Assembly: GCF_009834535.1 (NCBI RefSeq)
Contig: NC_045712.1
Location: 36,456,001 to 36,520,000, forward strand
Direction of reading: 5' to 3'
Origin: Camelus ferus
Taxonomy: Eukaryota
DNA length: 64,000 nucleotides
Made by a program: the position numbers and the translations under genes. Numbering within the stretch: position 1 is the first letter of the stretch; the number at the start of each line of letters is the position of its first letter. The notes beneath the pieces were generated by a model. It ran no database searches. It saw nothing but the letters and a program-made list of their open reading frames with translations, and was not told the DNA's origin. Positions 35,911-47,412 of this stretch are shown here, in pieces.

Positions 35911-36958
35911 GTAAGGGGCCGGGGCGGGAGCGGGAGGCGTCCCGGGCGCTGAGGCCCTGAGGCCGGGGTACGCGAGGGGCGCCCCGAGGGAGGACGCGTC
36001 GCCCTTTCCTCGGGGGCGAGAGCGGAAACGGCCCAGAGACGTTGCCCGGGTCGCACAGCCGCACCAGACGGCCAGGCCGAGGGGCCAGACTTCCTAGTTC
36101 TGCGGGAACTAACCCCTTTCCGCGTCTCCGTGCAGCTTAGCCCTCTATTTTGTGTTCTGTCTGGAAACGTTGACGCCACGTCCGGTGCTGGGGGCAGAGG
36201 ACGTAGGTGCATCTGACACTGGCTCTGCCCGAGGGGAGCCTTAGCCGCTGGTAGGGTTGCTGGGGGCGCCACTCCAGGAAGCCAGCAAGGGGTCCGTGGT
36301 GACAGGGAATCGCGGGTTTGTTGGGCCCTGAGCACTTTTTGACTTTGCAGTTGCAACAGCCGTCTGGCTAGCGCTTCCCACATGCTAGGCCCAGTACCCG
36401 GCTGCTTCGCAGTTTCCCATCTAATCCTCACCACAGCCTTCACATGTTTATCGTTTGTTTCCAGGTCTTAGTCTCGGGTTCTAACTTGAAAACTCCCCAG
36501 AGGCAGGATTGTTGGCCTCGTCCCTTTCATCCTCGCCTCCCCTAGCCCAGGAGGTACACTTTTGGAGCTTCAAACGCTTTTTAATTGGGAGAATGTGAGC
36601 TTTGGTGGGTGGGCGGTTTTAACCAAGCTGGTTGGGCAAGGTGAGCCCAGGGGGTTGGAAAATTAAATGAAGCTACCTTCCCCCTTTTTTGTTTTACTTT
36701 GTTTTGTTTACAGTAAACATTTACTGAACACCTAAAAGGTGTTAGCTTGTCTGCTCAAAGGAAGAATTAGGAAGCCCTGCTTTTGATAGAAAAGTAAATA
36801 TACTTAACGCTTTGGGCACCAGGAGTCAGTATGCCTGGGTTTGGGAAGGGGAAAGTAGCCCCTTACAGGTGCATAGCAGGCAGCCTCTCTGAGTCCCTTC
36901 CTCCTCTGTACTGTAGGAATGGCTATTGGGATTGAGTTTGAATAGGCCATCCTATCAC

Positions 36959-37103
36959 CAGCGGTCGGCAACCTTGGCTACATGTTGAAATCACCTGGGT
37001 CCCACTCCGAAATTTCTGAGGTAATTGCAGGTAAGGCCTGGGCATTGGGAGTTGCAAAATTTCCCCAGGTGATTCTAAGGGCAGCCAAGCTTGAGAGCCC
37101 TTG
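36959..37103. mobile_element. hAT-Charlie MITE (MER5A1-like)
   Basis: 'caaccttggctacatgttgaaatcacctggg...ccccaggtgattctaagg...gcttgagagcc'. Confidence 0.75.
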
Positions 37104-37641
37104 TTATATGTGAGGCCAGGTTAATTTCCTTAATCTTTTCAGTCGTCACTCCCTGCCTAAGACCCTGCACAGGCTCTAAGCCTTCACATCCCAACCCCCC
37201 TGACCACTGGCCAGTCCTTCCTGTACATCTGTGTTTGCTTCAGACATGGGTCGTCTTTTAGGCCAGTCTTCTTACCACGCCCTGTCTCCCTGCCTTACTA
37301 GCCTCTCATCCTCCCTAGGAGGGGCTGTGGGCAGATGCCCTGCCCTCTCCAAGCCTCTGTTTCCTTGTCTGCGAAATGAGGGTAGTGGTGCCCTAGTGCA
37401 TAGCGTATGGCTCATTCAGTTCCTGGCACGTTGTACCTCCCGGTGATGGTTAGCTCTTGTGATTGTACCCACATCCCATGCCTCCCATCATGGCACTAAG
37501 GAAACATTTCTTAAAGGCTTAGTGCAGGTAATGGAGAAAGCAAACTCTCCTTTCTTCCCTGCTTTGCCTTACAAGTTCAGCACAAGGCAACTCTTCTACA
37601 AAACTAGGAAGCTAGAGAGCCTCTGGTTTGTCCTACTGAAT

Positions 37642-37897
37642 TTTTTCAGCTTTAATGAGAGATCATATACCATAAAATTCACCCTTCTAAAATGCACAGT
37701 TGAGCAAGTTTACTATGTTCAGTGATGCAGTCATCACCATCGCTGCAATCTAATTTTAAAGCTTTTTCATCATCCTCAAAATAAACCCCATACCTATGGG
37801 CAGTCACTCCCATATCTCCCGTCCCCCAGCACCTGGAAATCACTAATCTACTCTCTGTCTATAGATTTGCGTGTCCTGAACATTGCATGTTAATAGA
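37642..37897 (-). mobile_element. Old L1 (L1MB-like) 3' end
   Basis: 'cagctttaatgagagatcatataccataaaattcacccttctaaaatgcacagt...cactaatctactctctgtctatagatttgc'. Confidence 0.85.
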
Positions 37898-38247
37898 GCC
37901 AGCTTGATGTTAGTGCTGTCACGTGTGCAGAGGTAACACTAGGTGCCGGATTTTGAGGTTTTGTGAAAAACAAGGAGTCTTTTGTGGCAGGAACCTCCTG
38001 TCACACACTTGTGTTAGAGTCCAGAGTTCTTGCCATCCAGTGTCATAGCTCATTCTTGCCCTTTCTAAGAGTGTAACAGCAATCTGGAGGGGAAACTCCT
38101 AAACCAGGCAAATTAATACAGAACTTTCCTTTTTCACTTGTTTAAGAGAACTTAATTGGAAGCTCTTGAAGTGAGCCATGAAACATTTTCTCTTTTAAAA
38201 ATTTGAATTGTAATATATACAAATCAAATACTAACCAGAGGTTAGTT

Positions 38248-38397
38248 TAGAAAAGGGAAATGTTTATAGACACCCAAATTGTTCCTGGAAATCCCTAGAG
38301 AGTTCCTCACTAGAGACCAACATAGAAAAGGGAAATGTTTATAAACACCCAAATTGTTCCTGGAAATCCCTAGAGAGTTCCTCACTAGAGACCAACA
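38248..38397 (+). repeat. Tandem direct duplication, 2 x 75 bp
   Basis: 38248-38322 versus 38323-38397, one mismatch (G38269/A38344). Confidence 0.95.
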
Positions 38398-38480
38398 TCT
38401 TGCCTCAAAAAAGCCAACACAGCATTAGTTTTAGTTTTAGGATAAACTGCCTTTTCTTCAATTGAACACTAAATGCAGTA

Positions 38481-38712
38481 CAGATGACCCTTAAACAACG
38501 CAGGGGGTCACGGATGCTGATCTTCTGTGCAGACGAAAATCTGAGTATAATTTATAATTGGCCTTCTGTATCCCTGGTGTTTTCATATCCGGGGTTCCGC
38601 ATCTGCATATCCAATTAACCGTGGATGGTGTACTGTAGTGTTTACTATTGAAATGCATCTGGGTGTAAGTGGACCTTTGCAATTCAGTCCCTTGTTGTTC
38701 AAGGGTCAGCTG
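38481..38712 (-). mobile_element. TcMar-Tigger MITE (MER8/Tigger2-like), complete
   Basis: Terminal inverted repeats cagatgacccttaaacaac / gttgttcaagggtcagctg, TA at the left flank, 232 bp. Confidence 0.85.
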
Positions 38713-38782
38713 CAGATGCTTGGGTTGAGTGATGAATTGGCAACTGAAATCTAGTTAAAATGACCTTGGAAGAGAATCTCTT

Positions 38783-38897
38783 TTTTAAAAAAAACTTTTT
38801 AAATTTATTTGTTATTTTTCCATGGAGACACTGGGGGTTGAACCCTGGACCTCGTGCATGCTAATCACGCACTCTACCACTGAGCTACACCCTCCCC
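38783..38897 (-). mobile_element. tRNA-Ala(AGC)-derived SINE (camelid Vic-1-like)
   Basis: Reverse complement GGGGAGGGTGTAGCTCAGTGGTAGAG...GGTTCAACCCCCAG plus A-rich tail; possible decayed TSD AGAGAATCTCTT (38771-38782) / AGAAAATATCTT (38898-38909), 10 of 12. Confidence 0.9.
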
Positions 38898-40617
38898 AGA
38901 AAATATCTTAATTGCCCATTAACATGAAGTATACATAGTTTTGTTATGAACGCTATACAGCAAGGTGTGTCCAGATATATATATATAAAACATATACAGT
39001 TACGTTCAATATTTAATTTCATTGAGGGAATTTTATTTAGAAATTATTTTAGCATTTTGCTGCTTGGAGTACTTTGGCAATTCTATGAAGGTTCCAACTT
39101 GCTGATTCTTATTTTTTATACTCACTGTTGTAATTTATCAATTTCTCTAACTTGCTTGGTCTGCGATTTTCTTTGTCTTTAATTCCTCAGCGTCTTTGGG
39201 AGGGTGGATGGAAGTACCATTACATACTGAGCAAGGCTTTTCATTTCTTTTTAATGGTCATAAACCCTTAAAGCCACTCACCTTCCTGCCTCATCTTTGG
39301 CCACCTTCCTTGGCTGTTTGAGGCTGGATGGCATCCTTTGCCCAGTGGGATGCTGGTGTTGAGTGCAGGGACACCTAAGTAATCAGTCTTATTTTTCCCC
39401 GGTGAGGGTTTGGAGCCGTGGAGGCTAAACACGCGTGTGATCCAGCTCCACTGTGTGTTCAAGCAGCAGATGCGCGGTCAGCTTAAATCCGACCCAGACG
39501 TGGAACTGAGGAAGCAGCAGATTCAGGTCCCCGTCTCATTCCCAGGCTCCTCCTGCTCAATGAGTGGAGGGGCTGATCAGCCCCGTGCACTGCCTGCGTT
39601 TCTCCCTCTTGCACAGGGGTGAGTTTTCCTAAGTCACATGCATCTGCCCCAGTCTTTACCGCACGCCGCACCCAACTTCCTTCCATTAGCCATTATTGAA
39701 TGGTGGCCTGTTGTGTTACCTCCAACTTGGCTTTGTGTGTGTTTTGTCCTCATTTTGTCTCCTCAGGGGGAGTGAAAGGCCTGGAAGGGAGAAGTACTGC
39801 CTTCGCCCTCCTCTCCTCCCTCGTTGTGCTGGGCGCACTAATTCCTTTATTCCCCGGAGCCCTTCAGCTCCTAACCATGAGAAACAGGGAGCCTTCACAC
39901 AGCAGAGGCAGGTGCTTCCTCTGCCCCCAGCAGGACCCAGAGAGAAGGCGTGGGGCCACCCAGGGCCACCACTGTCCAGAGCCTCTGACGACATCTCTCT
40001 GACCCAACTGTCTCTGCGTCTGTAAAACGGTGTTGGTGCTGCTCACAGCGGTCATAGTGAGGCTCAGTGCTGTGCTAAGTGCGTGCGGGCGCTGTTCTAA
40101 GCACTTCGTGGATCATAACTGTCAGATAGTCTGTTTTTATCCTCCTCTTGCAGCTGAGGGAGCCAGAGCACGGAGGGGTCCAGTAACTTTTGCCCCGGAT
40201 CACACGACTCCCTGGCTTTCCAGTCCCTGCTCTTGGCCGCTGGCACTGGGTGGTCAGGGAGAGACCCCAGAGAGAGGGCTGCTGCTGTTGGTGTTGTTGT
40301 TAATGTGCCTTAAAAATTGGGAGCTGGTTGACCTCATGTTTGGAGTGTATTTTAAGATCTTTTTTTGAAAATGAAGTGTTTGCTAGATTTACTTCCTTGA
40401 AGGCAGGATCTCTTTTGGTTTTCTCTTTAAATCCCCAGCACATCTGATTAGAAGCCCCCGGTAGGGGCTCGGTAAATGTCTGTTGGCCAAGTGAGACAGT
40501 GGGAGAAATTCTCAGACAGAAATGCTCTTGTGCCTGCTGTCAGGAGACCTTCCCGAAGCATTGTGACCGTGGGTGGGTCACTAGGCCTGTCTCATCACCT
40601 GTAATCAGAAATAATAC

Positions 40618-41096
40618 CACTGCAAGGGAATATTACTTGGCCATAAAAAAATGAAATAGTGCCATTTGCAGCAACATGGGTGGACCTAGAGATTATCCTA
40701 CTAAGTGAAGTAAGTCAGACAGAGAAATACAAAAATCATATGATAACACTTACATGTAGAATCTAAAAAAAGATACAGATTTTATTTACTAACCAGAAAT
40801 AGACTCACAGACATAGAAAACAAACTATGGTTACCAAAGGGGAAAGGCGGGGAAGGATATATTAGGAGTCTGGGATTAACAGATACACATTGCTTATATA
40901 TAAAGTAGATAAACAAGGACCTGCTGTACAGCACAGGGAACTATATTCAATACCTTGTAATGAACCATAATGGTAAAGAATTTGAAAATAGATATATCTG
41001 TGTGTATATGAATAACTGAATTGCTTTGCTGTACACCTAAAACTAACATTGTAAATCAACTACATTCAATTCTTTAAAAGTTAAATTTGAAAAAAT
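40618..41096 (+). mobile_element. 5'-truncated L1 (3' UTR) inserted into a MIR
   Basis: 'gccatttgcagcaacatgggtggacctagagattat...ttgtaaatcaactac'; TSD AATAATAC at 40610-40617 and 41097-41104; MIR halves on both sides. Confidence 0.88.
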
Positions 41097-41335
41097 AATA
41101 ATACTGTGGACTCGGACATTGTTGTGGGAATTAATTGAGATCTCTAGGCGGGTGGGATTTGTACTGCTCGTACAAAATGTTACTCTGTCATTTAGTTTGC
41201 TTCTTTATAAATGTATTTTTCCCACAGTTTTCTGAGCCTGGGTGTAAATGCACTCGCATTTTTGACCAGCGTAGCTTTTGACTCTCTGTTTCTGCCTCCC
41301 TATTACAGTCCCTAAAGGACAGTCACCCTTGGACG

Positions 41336-41524
41336 ATGGCGGAGGCCGTTTTCCGCCCCCCAAAGAGGAAGAGGAGGGTGTACGAGAGCTATGAGTCCTC
41401 GCTGCCCATCCCCTTCGGCCAGGACCGCGGGCCTCGGAAGGACTGCAGGATGTTCCGGGCCGAGATGAGGAACAGCAGTGTGATTGTGAGGAGTGTGGAA
41501 GACGCGGAGCAGCTGTACGGGAGA
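41336..41524 (+). CDS. TSEN2: TSEN2 exon 2, coding part (aa 1-63)
   Basis: [30 protein letters not shown]...EQLYGR matches the recalled TSEN2 N-terminus; strong Kozak ACGATGG; acceptor at 41309 or 41318; donor AGA|GTACGT, phase 0. Confidence 0.96.
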
Positions 41525-42018
41525 GTACGTGCTTCCGGCCGCTCTCTCCCCATGCCCCCAGAAACCGCCCGTAAACGAAACGGCTCAGGTGCTTTCCCTG
41601 CAGTGGGGTTCAGTGGGGCAGCAATGCCCCAAAGCCATTTGTTCTGAGGATAACCACCACCCACAAACCCACATTTCAGCAATGAAGTCAGGTCAATGCA
41701 TTGGCCTCTCTTGTCTTTTGGTTATAAAAGCTATGCATCTTCATTGTTACAAGCAACCTATGGAAGTGTAATGGGTGAATAGTAGAAATTCCCTGCTAAC
41801 CCCTGTTCCACCCGCAGAGGTCACGGGGAGTCGCTCTGGCCCCGGGACAGATCCAGCGTGTCCTCTGGCTCCTTACCTACTCTCCCTCCTGGTTGAGGAC
41901 CTCTGCTTAGATGAGGACAAGTTCCAGTTTTTGCTTTTTTTCCATCAGTGATAGGTTCGGGTTGAGACTGGAAGCTTGCTTATTTTGCCCCCATAGCCGA
42001 TTCAACACTGGGGGCATT

Positions 42019-42275
42019 TTTAAAACAGCTTTATTGAGGTATAATATGGAGCCATATAATTCGCCCATTCTAAGTGCTGAGTTCAGTGACTGTAATAAAC
42101 TCAGTAGTGCAGCCACCAGCGCAGCTGAGTTCCAGACATCCCCATCGCCACAGAAAGTTGCCCTGGGCCCGCTCTGCTCCAACCCTGCCGCCACCCCCGG
42201 CCTGATGCTCCTAACCCATTTTCTGTCTGTAAATGTGCCTTCTCTAGACGTTTTATACAAAATACATGTTATGGC
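42019..42275 (-). mobile_element. Old L1 (L1MB-like) 3' end
   Basis: 'aacagctttattgaggtataatatgg...cattctaagtg'. Confidence 0.8.
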
Positions 42276-42910
42276 CACCTTCCCCAAGTAGGATACAGTG
42301 GGTGGCACTGACCCCAGGGGGACGGGGTCTAGGCTGAGGGCAGCCCCCTCCACACTCGCAATACGAGACATTAAGCAAGAGGCTTTGTGAGGCGCTGTCC
42401 ACGTGGCTCATTCTGATCGTTAACCCCCGGCGGAGAGTAGAGGGTGTTCCTCTTATTCTTTCAATTTTCTACGGGTTTAAATTTTTCTAACTTTAAGAAA
42501 TGGGGGGGGGGTAATCGATGTTTTTGGACTCGGCAGGGAGGAAGAGCCGAGTACTTCAGTCCCAGGTACAGGAGAATCCCAGGAGCCTCTGGGCCCAGGA
42601 GGCTCGGCCCCTGCGCTCAGGCTCCAGCTCCCCCGCCACCACCACGTGTGAGGAAGCCCTGCCCCAGCCCACGGGCCTGGCCCGAGACCGCTACCTACGG
42701 ATCGGCCGGAGTGCACCAGAGACTGACTAGCTCCCTCCTGAGGATCGGAGAGGGAAGGCGCCAAGATCTTCACTTGTAGTCCTGGGACACTCAGAGGGAA
42801 GAACTGAAGCTGAAATTGAAGGAATCTCTCGTTAACTCAAATAGTCTCCCTTAGCCAAAAAAAGCTGGTAACTCGGAAAGCACTAACTCAGTCTTTTCTC
42901 TTCCTGGAAG

Positions 42911-42992
42911 GGCTATTTCGGAAAAGGTATCCTGTCTAGAAGCCGTCCAAACTTCACAATTTCAGATCCTAAGCTGGTCGCTAAGTGGAAAG
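42911..42992 (+). CDS. TSEN2: TSEN2 exon 3 (82 nt)
   Basis: [27 protein letters not shown]; ggaag|GGC acceptor, AAG|gtaagc donor, phase 1. Confidence 0.97.
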
Positions 42993-43819
42993 GTAAGCCT
43001 GTGCAATGTTCAGTTCTTTTGGCAAATTATCTTTTCCTTTCATTTTTCGGTCTTACAGCAAGTTATATGGTAAAATTCTAGGGGAGACATAACAAGCCAC
43101 TGGCAATTTTATTGCTAACAATAGCAACTAGAATAGTTCTAATCAAGGTGAAAGGGCTCCTGTGACTGGAGAAAATGTATCTCATCTGATTTCTGGCATT
43201 ATCAGAAGTGTTATGCGGGCTTTTCTGTTGTGAAGCATTTCCTAGCAGAGTACGGTGTGTGTGGAAAGTGTTGGTAATTAAGTGCCTGCTCACCTGGATG
43301 CAAAAAGAGTTTTATGTTTTGTTTATAGAATTAGAATTTATAACAATAACCGTGACACTGATGCATTTGTTAAAGCATACCAATGTGTGTGGTTCTCATT
43401 TGCTGTTCTTATTTCATTTATAAATCTTTTATCTTGGTGTACTTTTCTAAGTGAAGAAAGCAAAGGAATGGAAAGTCTGCATGTGTGCTGTGGCATAGTT
43501 GGGGGGAAGGGAATATAAAGGTATCTTTGAAATATATGGAGGGATAAACCATAATTTTTTTTAATACCTGTCGGGGGGAGGATGGAACAAGATGGAGAGA
43601 GAGGTGAGACTTTGTAGATTTGAACTTGGAACCTTGTAAATGTATTATTACATGATTACAAAACAAAGCTAAATTTTAAAAAGTAATTCCTCTGAAGAAA
43701 AAAAAAAAAAAACAAGGAATCTGTATATCAAGTTGGTGGTGTAGCCACAAGGGGAAGCTATTTTGTGCAACTTTAAAACATGGTCATTTGACTGTTCAGT
43801 CCTAATAGGATAGACTCTG

Positions 43820-44283
43820 TATCTCCTGCCACAACGTTGTTTAACAAACCATCCCAAAATTCAGTGGTTTTCAACAGCAGCCAGATTGCTCAGTTTGAGT
43901 CTACAGGTTTGCTGGGGAGGTCCGCTGCTCGTGGCTGCGTGCACATGCATCTGGTTAGTTACGTGCTGGCTGCACTCGTGGACCAGTCCAGTAATGGTTC
44001 CAGCTGGACTCACCAATGTCTGGTTGTCTGTTGGTTGACTGCCTGCTGATCTAGACTGGCCTCAGCTGGGATGAGGGGTGGAGGGCCCTGTGCGTGTCAT
44101 CCTCCTCAGGCCAGCCCCGGCATGTTCTCACGGTTATGGTGGAGGGTCAGTAGTGGTCCTCCGCGGGCCAGTGCTCTTCAGGCCTCTGCTTGCACATGTT
44201 TTCAATATTCCACTGGTCCAGAGTCGAGAGGTTTGGCCGATGGAAGACCTGAGAAACTGGGGCCACCAGTGCAGTCAGCCTGC
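43820..44283 (-). mobile_element. MaLR solo LTR (MLT1H-like)
   Basis: 'aacaaaccatcccaaaattcagtgg...tctagactggcctcagctggga...caggccagccccggcatgttctcac'. Confidence 0.7.
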
Positions 44284-44759
44284 CGTGTACTCTAAGGAAA
44301 GAAAGAGCTGCAGAATGATCTTGACATTGTTCTCAGCAGTCATCTCATAGGTGGTGGTGTTGGTTCTGTTATCCTGAGACGGTTTCGTGGATATTGTGCG
44401 ATAAAGCAAATGAATAATTATGTCGGCGTGGTTGAGAGCCGGGATTTTTTAACGTGAAACATCTTACACCAGGAAGCAGGAGTGTGTTTTAAATATCTTC
44501 ATAGAGTTTTAAAAAGGGAGAGAAAAAGTAGAGCAAGTAGGGTAATAACTCTGCCTGCCCCTCCCCCAGCCCTGGCAGTTACTATTTGGCCAAAAAAAAG
44601 TTTTCATATCACGTAATGATCTTAAGAGTTGAGAATCTTGTCCTGATCTGTGTAGTACTAAGTTTTAAACAGTGAGAAGTTTGAAGGAATTGAATTTATG
44701 CCACGAAAACAGAAATTAAGGCTGTGGGCTGCCCTGAGGAAGTAGATCTCAGATGTCCG

Positions 44760-45175
44760 TTTCAGGGGGTTCTTCAAAATCAGGCTTAACCCTCACCTTC
44801 CACCCTCCTCTCTCTCCACCCTCTTCTACTTGTTGGCACCAGGCCACCCTGGGCTGCTTGTCATTCTGTGACCCTGCCGTGCCTTGCAGTTTCCCAGCCC
44901 CTGTGCATGGTTTCCTCTGCCTTTTCCCCGGTCCACCTGGCGAACTCCTACTCATTCTTCAGAGCCCCGCTCAGTTACTCCTCCTCTGTGTTTTTCTTAA
45001 CCCTTCCAAGTAAAGTTAGTACGTTACTTGCTCACATACCAGCTTGGGTTACAGTCATTGCTGGTCTATCTCCCCAACTAGATTGTGAGTGTCTCAAGGA
45101 GAGGGAATTCATTACTTCTGTATTTCTTGTGCTTGCCATATGGAAGGCTATCAGTAAAACTTGCTAAATTGTTGT
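44760..45175 (+). mobile_element. L2 LINE 3' end
   Basis: 'cacctggcgaactcctactcattcttcagag...ctagattgtgagtgtctcaagga...cagtaaaacttgctaaat'. Confidence 0.75.
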
Positions 45176-45911
45176 TTGCTATTGAACTACCAGAGGAGGG
45201 AGATCATGACATCGAGAAGACTGTCAAGTTCCTAAGGAGTTAGGAGTCTGAGAACTCACTTCTGTAGGATTTTCAAGCTGAACATCATTTAGAGCCCTGG
45301 AGAGGGGGCTGAGTTTGGAAGAGGAGAGAGGACTTGCCCAAAGGCAGAGTCCGGGAGGCCCAGGACTAAAACACACCAGGTGACGTGAGAAACATTTGAG
45401 GCAGAAAGACTCTTCTGGCCAGAGGCCCAGAGCTAGAGCTGGAGACCAGGACTCCCACACCCACACCCAGACCTAACACCACCCCTTCCCTCGGGCGCCT
45501 GTGAGGAGCTGTCGCTGAAGAGGCTTCGTGGAACATGGAGAACGGGGTAACATGTGGAACTTCGGGGCCTCAGTGCCCTCATCTGGAAGTTGAGGGCACA
45601 GGCATTCGGGGGTGGCAGGTTTTCCCCTCCCACATTGCTGCTGCTGCTTAGCCGGCACGTTGACAAGGATTCCGAGGTCACACTGAGCCCAGCAAGCGTA
45701 CCAACAAGTCAGCAGCACTGGCCGGGCCGTGGGCGTGGGGCCTGATGGCATGGGAGGCACATGTTTACCACGGCTGCGCAGACAGGATCAGTCGGCCTTC
45801 TAGATGTGAGATTTTGTGAATCTTGAAATACTTGTTGTCTTTTCCAGGTTGTCAGTGTGTTTTTCTCCTTAAGGAAAATGTGTCTGAACTAATAAAACTT
45901 TGTCGTTACAG

Positions 45912-45948
45912 GTGTGAAGACAGACATGCCTATAATCACGTCACAGAG
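45912..45948 (+). CDS. TSEN2: TSEN2 exon 4 (37 nt)
   Basis: (G)VKTDMPIITSQ(R); ttacag| acceptor, AG|gtgagt donor; phases 1 and 2 fit the neighbouring exons. Confidence 0.93.
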
Positions 45949-47056
45949 GTGAGTCTCGGCCTTGGTCAGAATTATGGTTTAAGTCAGATCTGTTGTTAGG
46001 TAGACTCTTGTGATGTGGTTGTCCTCACCTTTTTTTTTTTTTTTGGTAGTATGTATGTCTTTGAAACTTACGTCTGAAATTAATGTAGATCAAATCGTAT
46101 TTGAAATGCACTAAGTTTATTTTAAAAAATAATCCTAAGCTGAATCATTTGCCAGTTAAATCCCTTCCAGAATATGAACCTTCTCCTGTAATGTACGTTG
46201 TCTGTAAGCACTGAGATCCTCAGAGGTAGCACTGGCCTCCTGCCATGTGTGGGCAGAAGTGGCCCCGTGCTTCTTCCTTGCTCTGCACGTGTGGGGTTAG
46301 GGAAGGAGGCTTTCCCACAGGCTCCCCCGCCACTCACACAGCCGAGACTCCTTCCTCTGGGCTTTTGTTTATGCTGTTCCCATTTCCCGGAGCTCATCTC
46401 CCTGCCTGGCTGTGGCTGCACGGCCCATGGCCCAGCATGCGTGTCTCTCTCCTCTCCGCCCGCCCTCAGCGCTGGGACTGTCCCTCCGGATCCACGGAGC
46501 CTTCCCTGGCGCCTACACGGGGATCAGACTGTGGGCTGCTGGGGGTCGTGGACCACACCCGGTTCCTCTTTGCAGCCCCACACCCCATGTTCCCTTGGTA
46601 GGACCCATTCCTCCATCTAAATCCTCATCACCCCTGAGGCACAGCTGGAGCTGCATTTCTTCCAGGAAGCCTTCAGAACAGCTCACGCCACAATCATTCT
46701 GCATCTTGCTCCTGGCACCACTGGCCGAATCTAACAGCTCCCTTTGGTTTCGTGCGCGGTTAGCCCATGGCCAGGGGGATCCTGGGAGATCTCAGAGGCT
46801 GTGTAGCCACTGACTGGGGGTGGGCGGGGCTCTGGTCGGAGGTGGGGGCCTGAAAGGCCCTGGCCAACCCCCTGCCCCAGGCCAGGCTGCAGCAGAGAGC
46901 AGAAGGCCCCCTGCAGAGCCACACCCTGATGGCTGGCCGGAGGGACAGCGTGAGGCCAGGCTGGCTGAGTGTGAGGCTCTGCGTCAGGGAGGCTGCCCTC
47001 CACCCACGGGCTGTCCCTCGGCCAGCACCACAGCGAGGGCTTCATCAGTCCTTGAG

Positions 47057-47412
47057 TGTTACCACGGGTGCCGTGACAGTACATACTGAGCAGATGTCAC
47101 AGTTCTGGAGGCCAGAAGCACAGAATCCAGGTGCTGGCGGGGCTGTGCTCCCTCCGAAGGCTCCGGGGAGGGCCCTGCCTGCCCTGTCTTAGCTCTGGTG
47201 TGGCCGGCCTGGGCCTTCCTGGGCTCATAGACGCATCACTCCTGTCTGTTCCTCCGCCGTCACACCATCATCTCCTTTGGGTGTCTCCAGATCTCCCTCT
47301 TCTTAAAGGACGCCAGTCAGTGTGACGTCATCTTAACTGGATCATATCTGCAAAGACCCTGTTTCCAGACACGGTCACATTCGCAGGTGCCGAGAGTTAG
47401 GGCTCCAACACA
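47057..47412 (-). mobile_element. MaLR solo LTR (MLT1B/C-like)
   Basis: 'tcacagttctggaggccagaag...atatctgcaaagaccctgtttccagacacggtcacattc'. Confidence 0.85.

Larger units (their letters stand above)
35690..36420 (+). promoter_or_regulatory. TSEN2: TSEN2 CpG-island promoter (TATA-less)
   Basis: Dense CpG, NRF1-, E2F- and GC-box-like motifs, and a 5' splice site at 35911, about 5.4 kb upstream of the first coding exon. Confidence 0.85.

Noticed and set aside
35631-36443. 270-aa minus-strand ORF over the TSEN2 promoter
   Set aside because: Pro/Arg/Ala-rich, typical of stop-codon scarcity in a CpG island; no recognisable domain.
41525-41647. Extension of the exon 2 ORF to 103 aa as in the ORF track
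   Set aside because: TSEN2 similarity stops at the GT donor at 41525; the rest is intron read-through.
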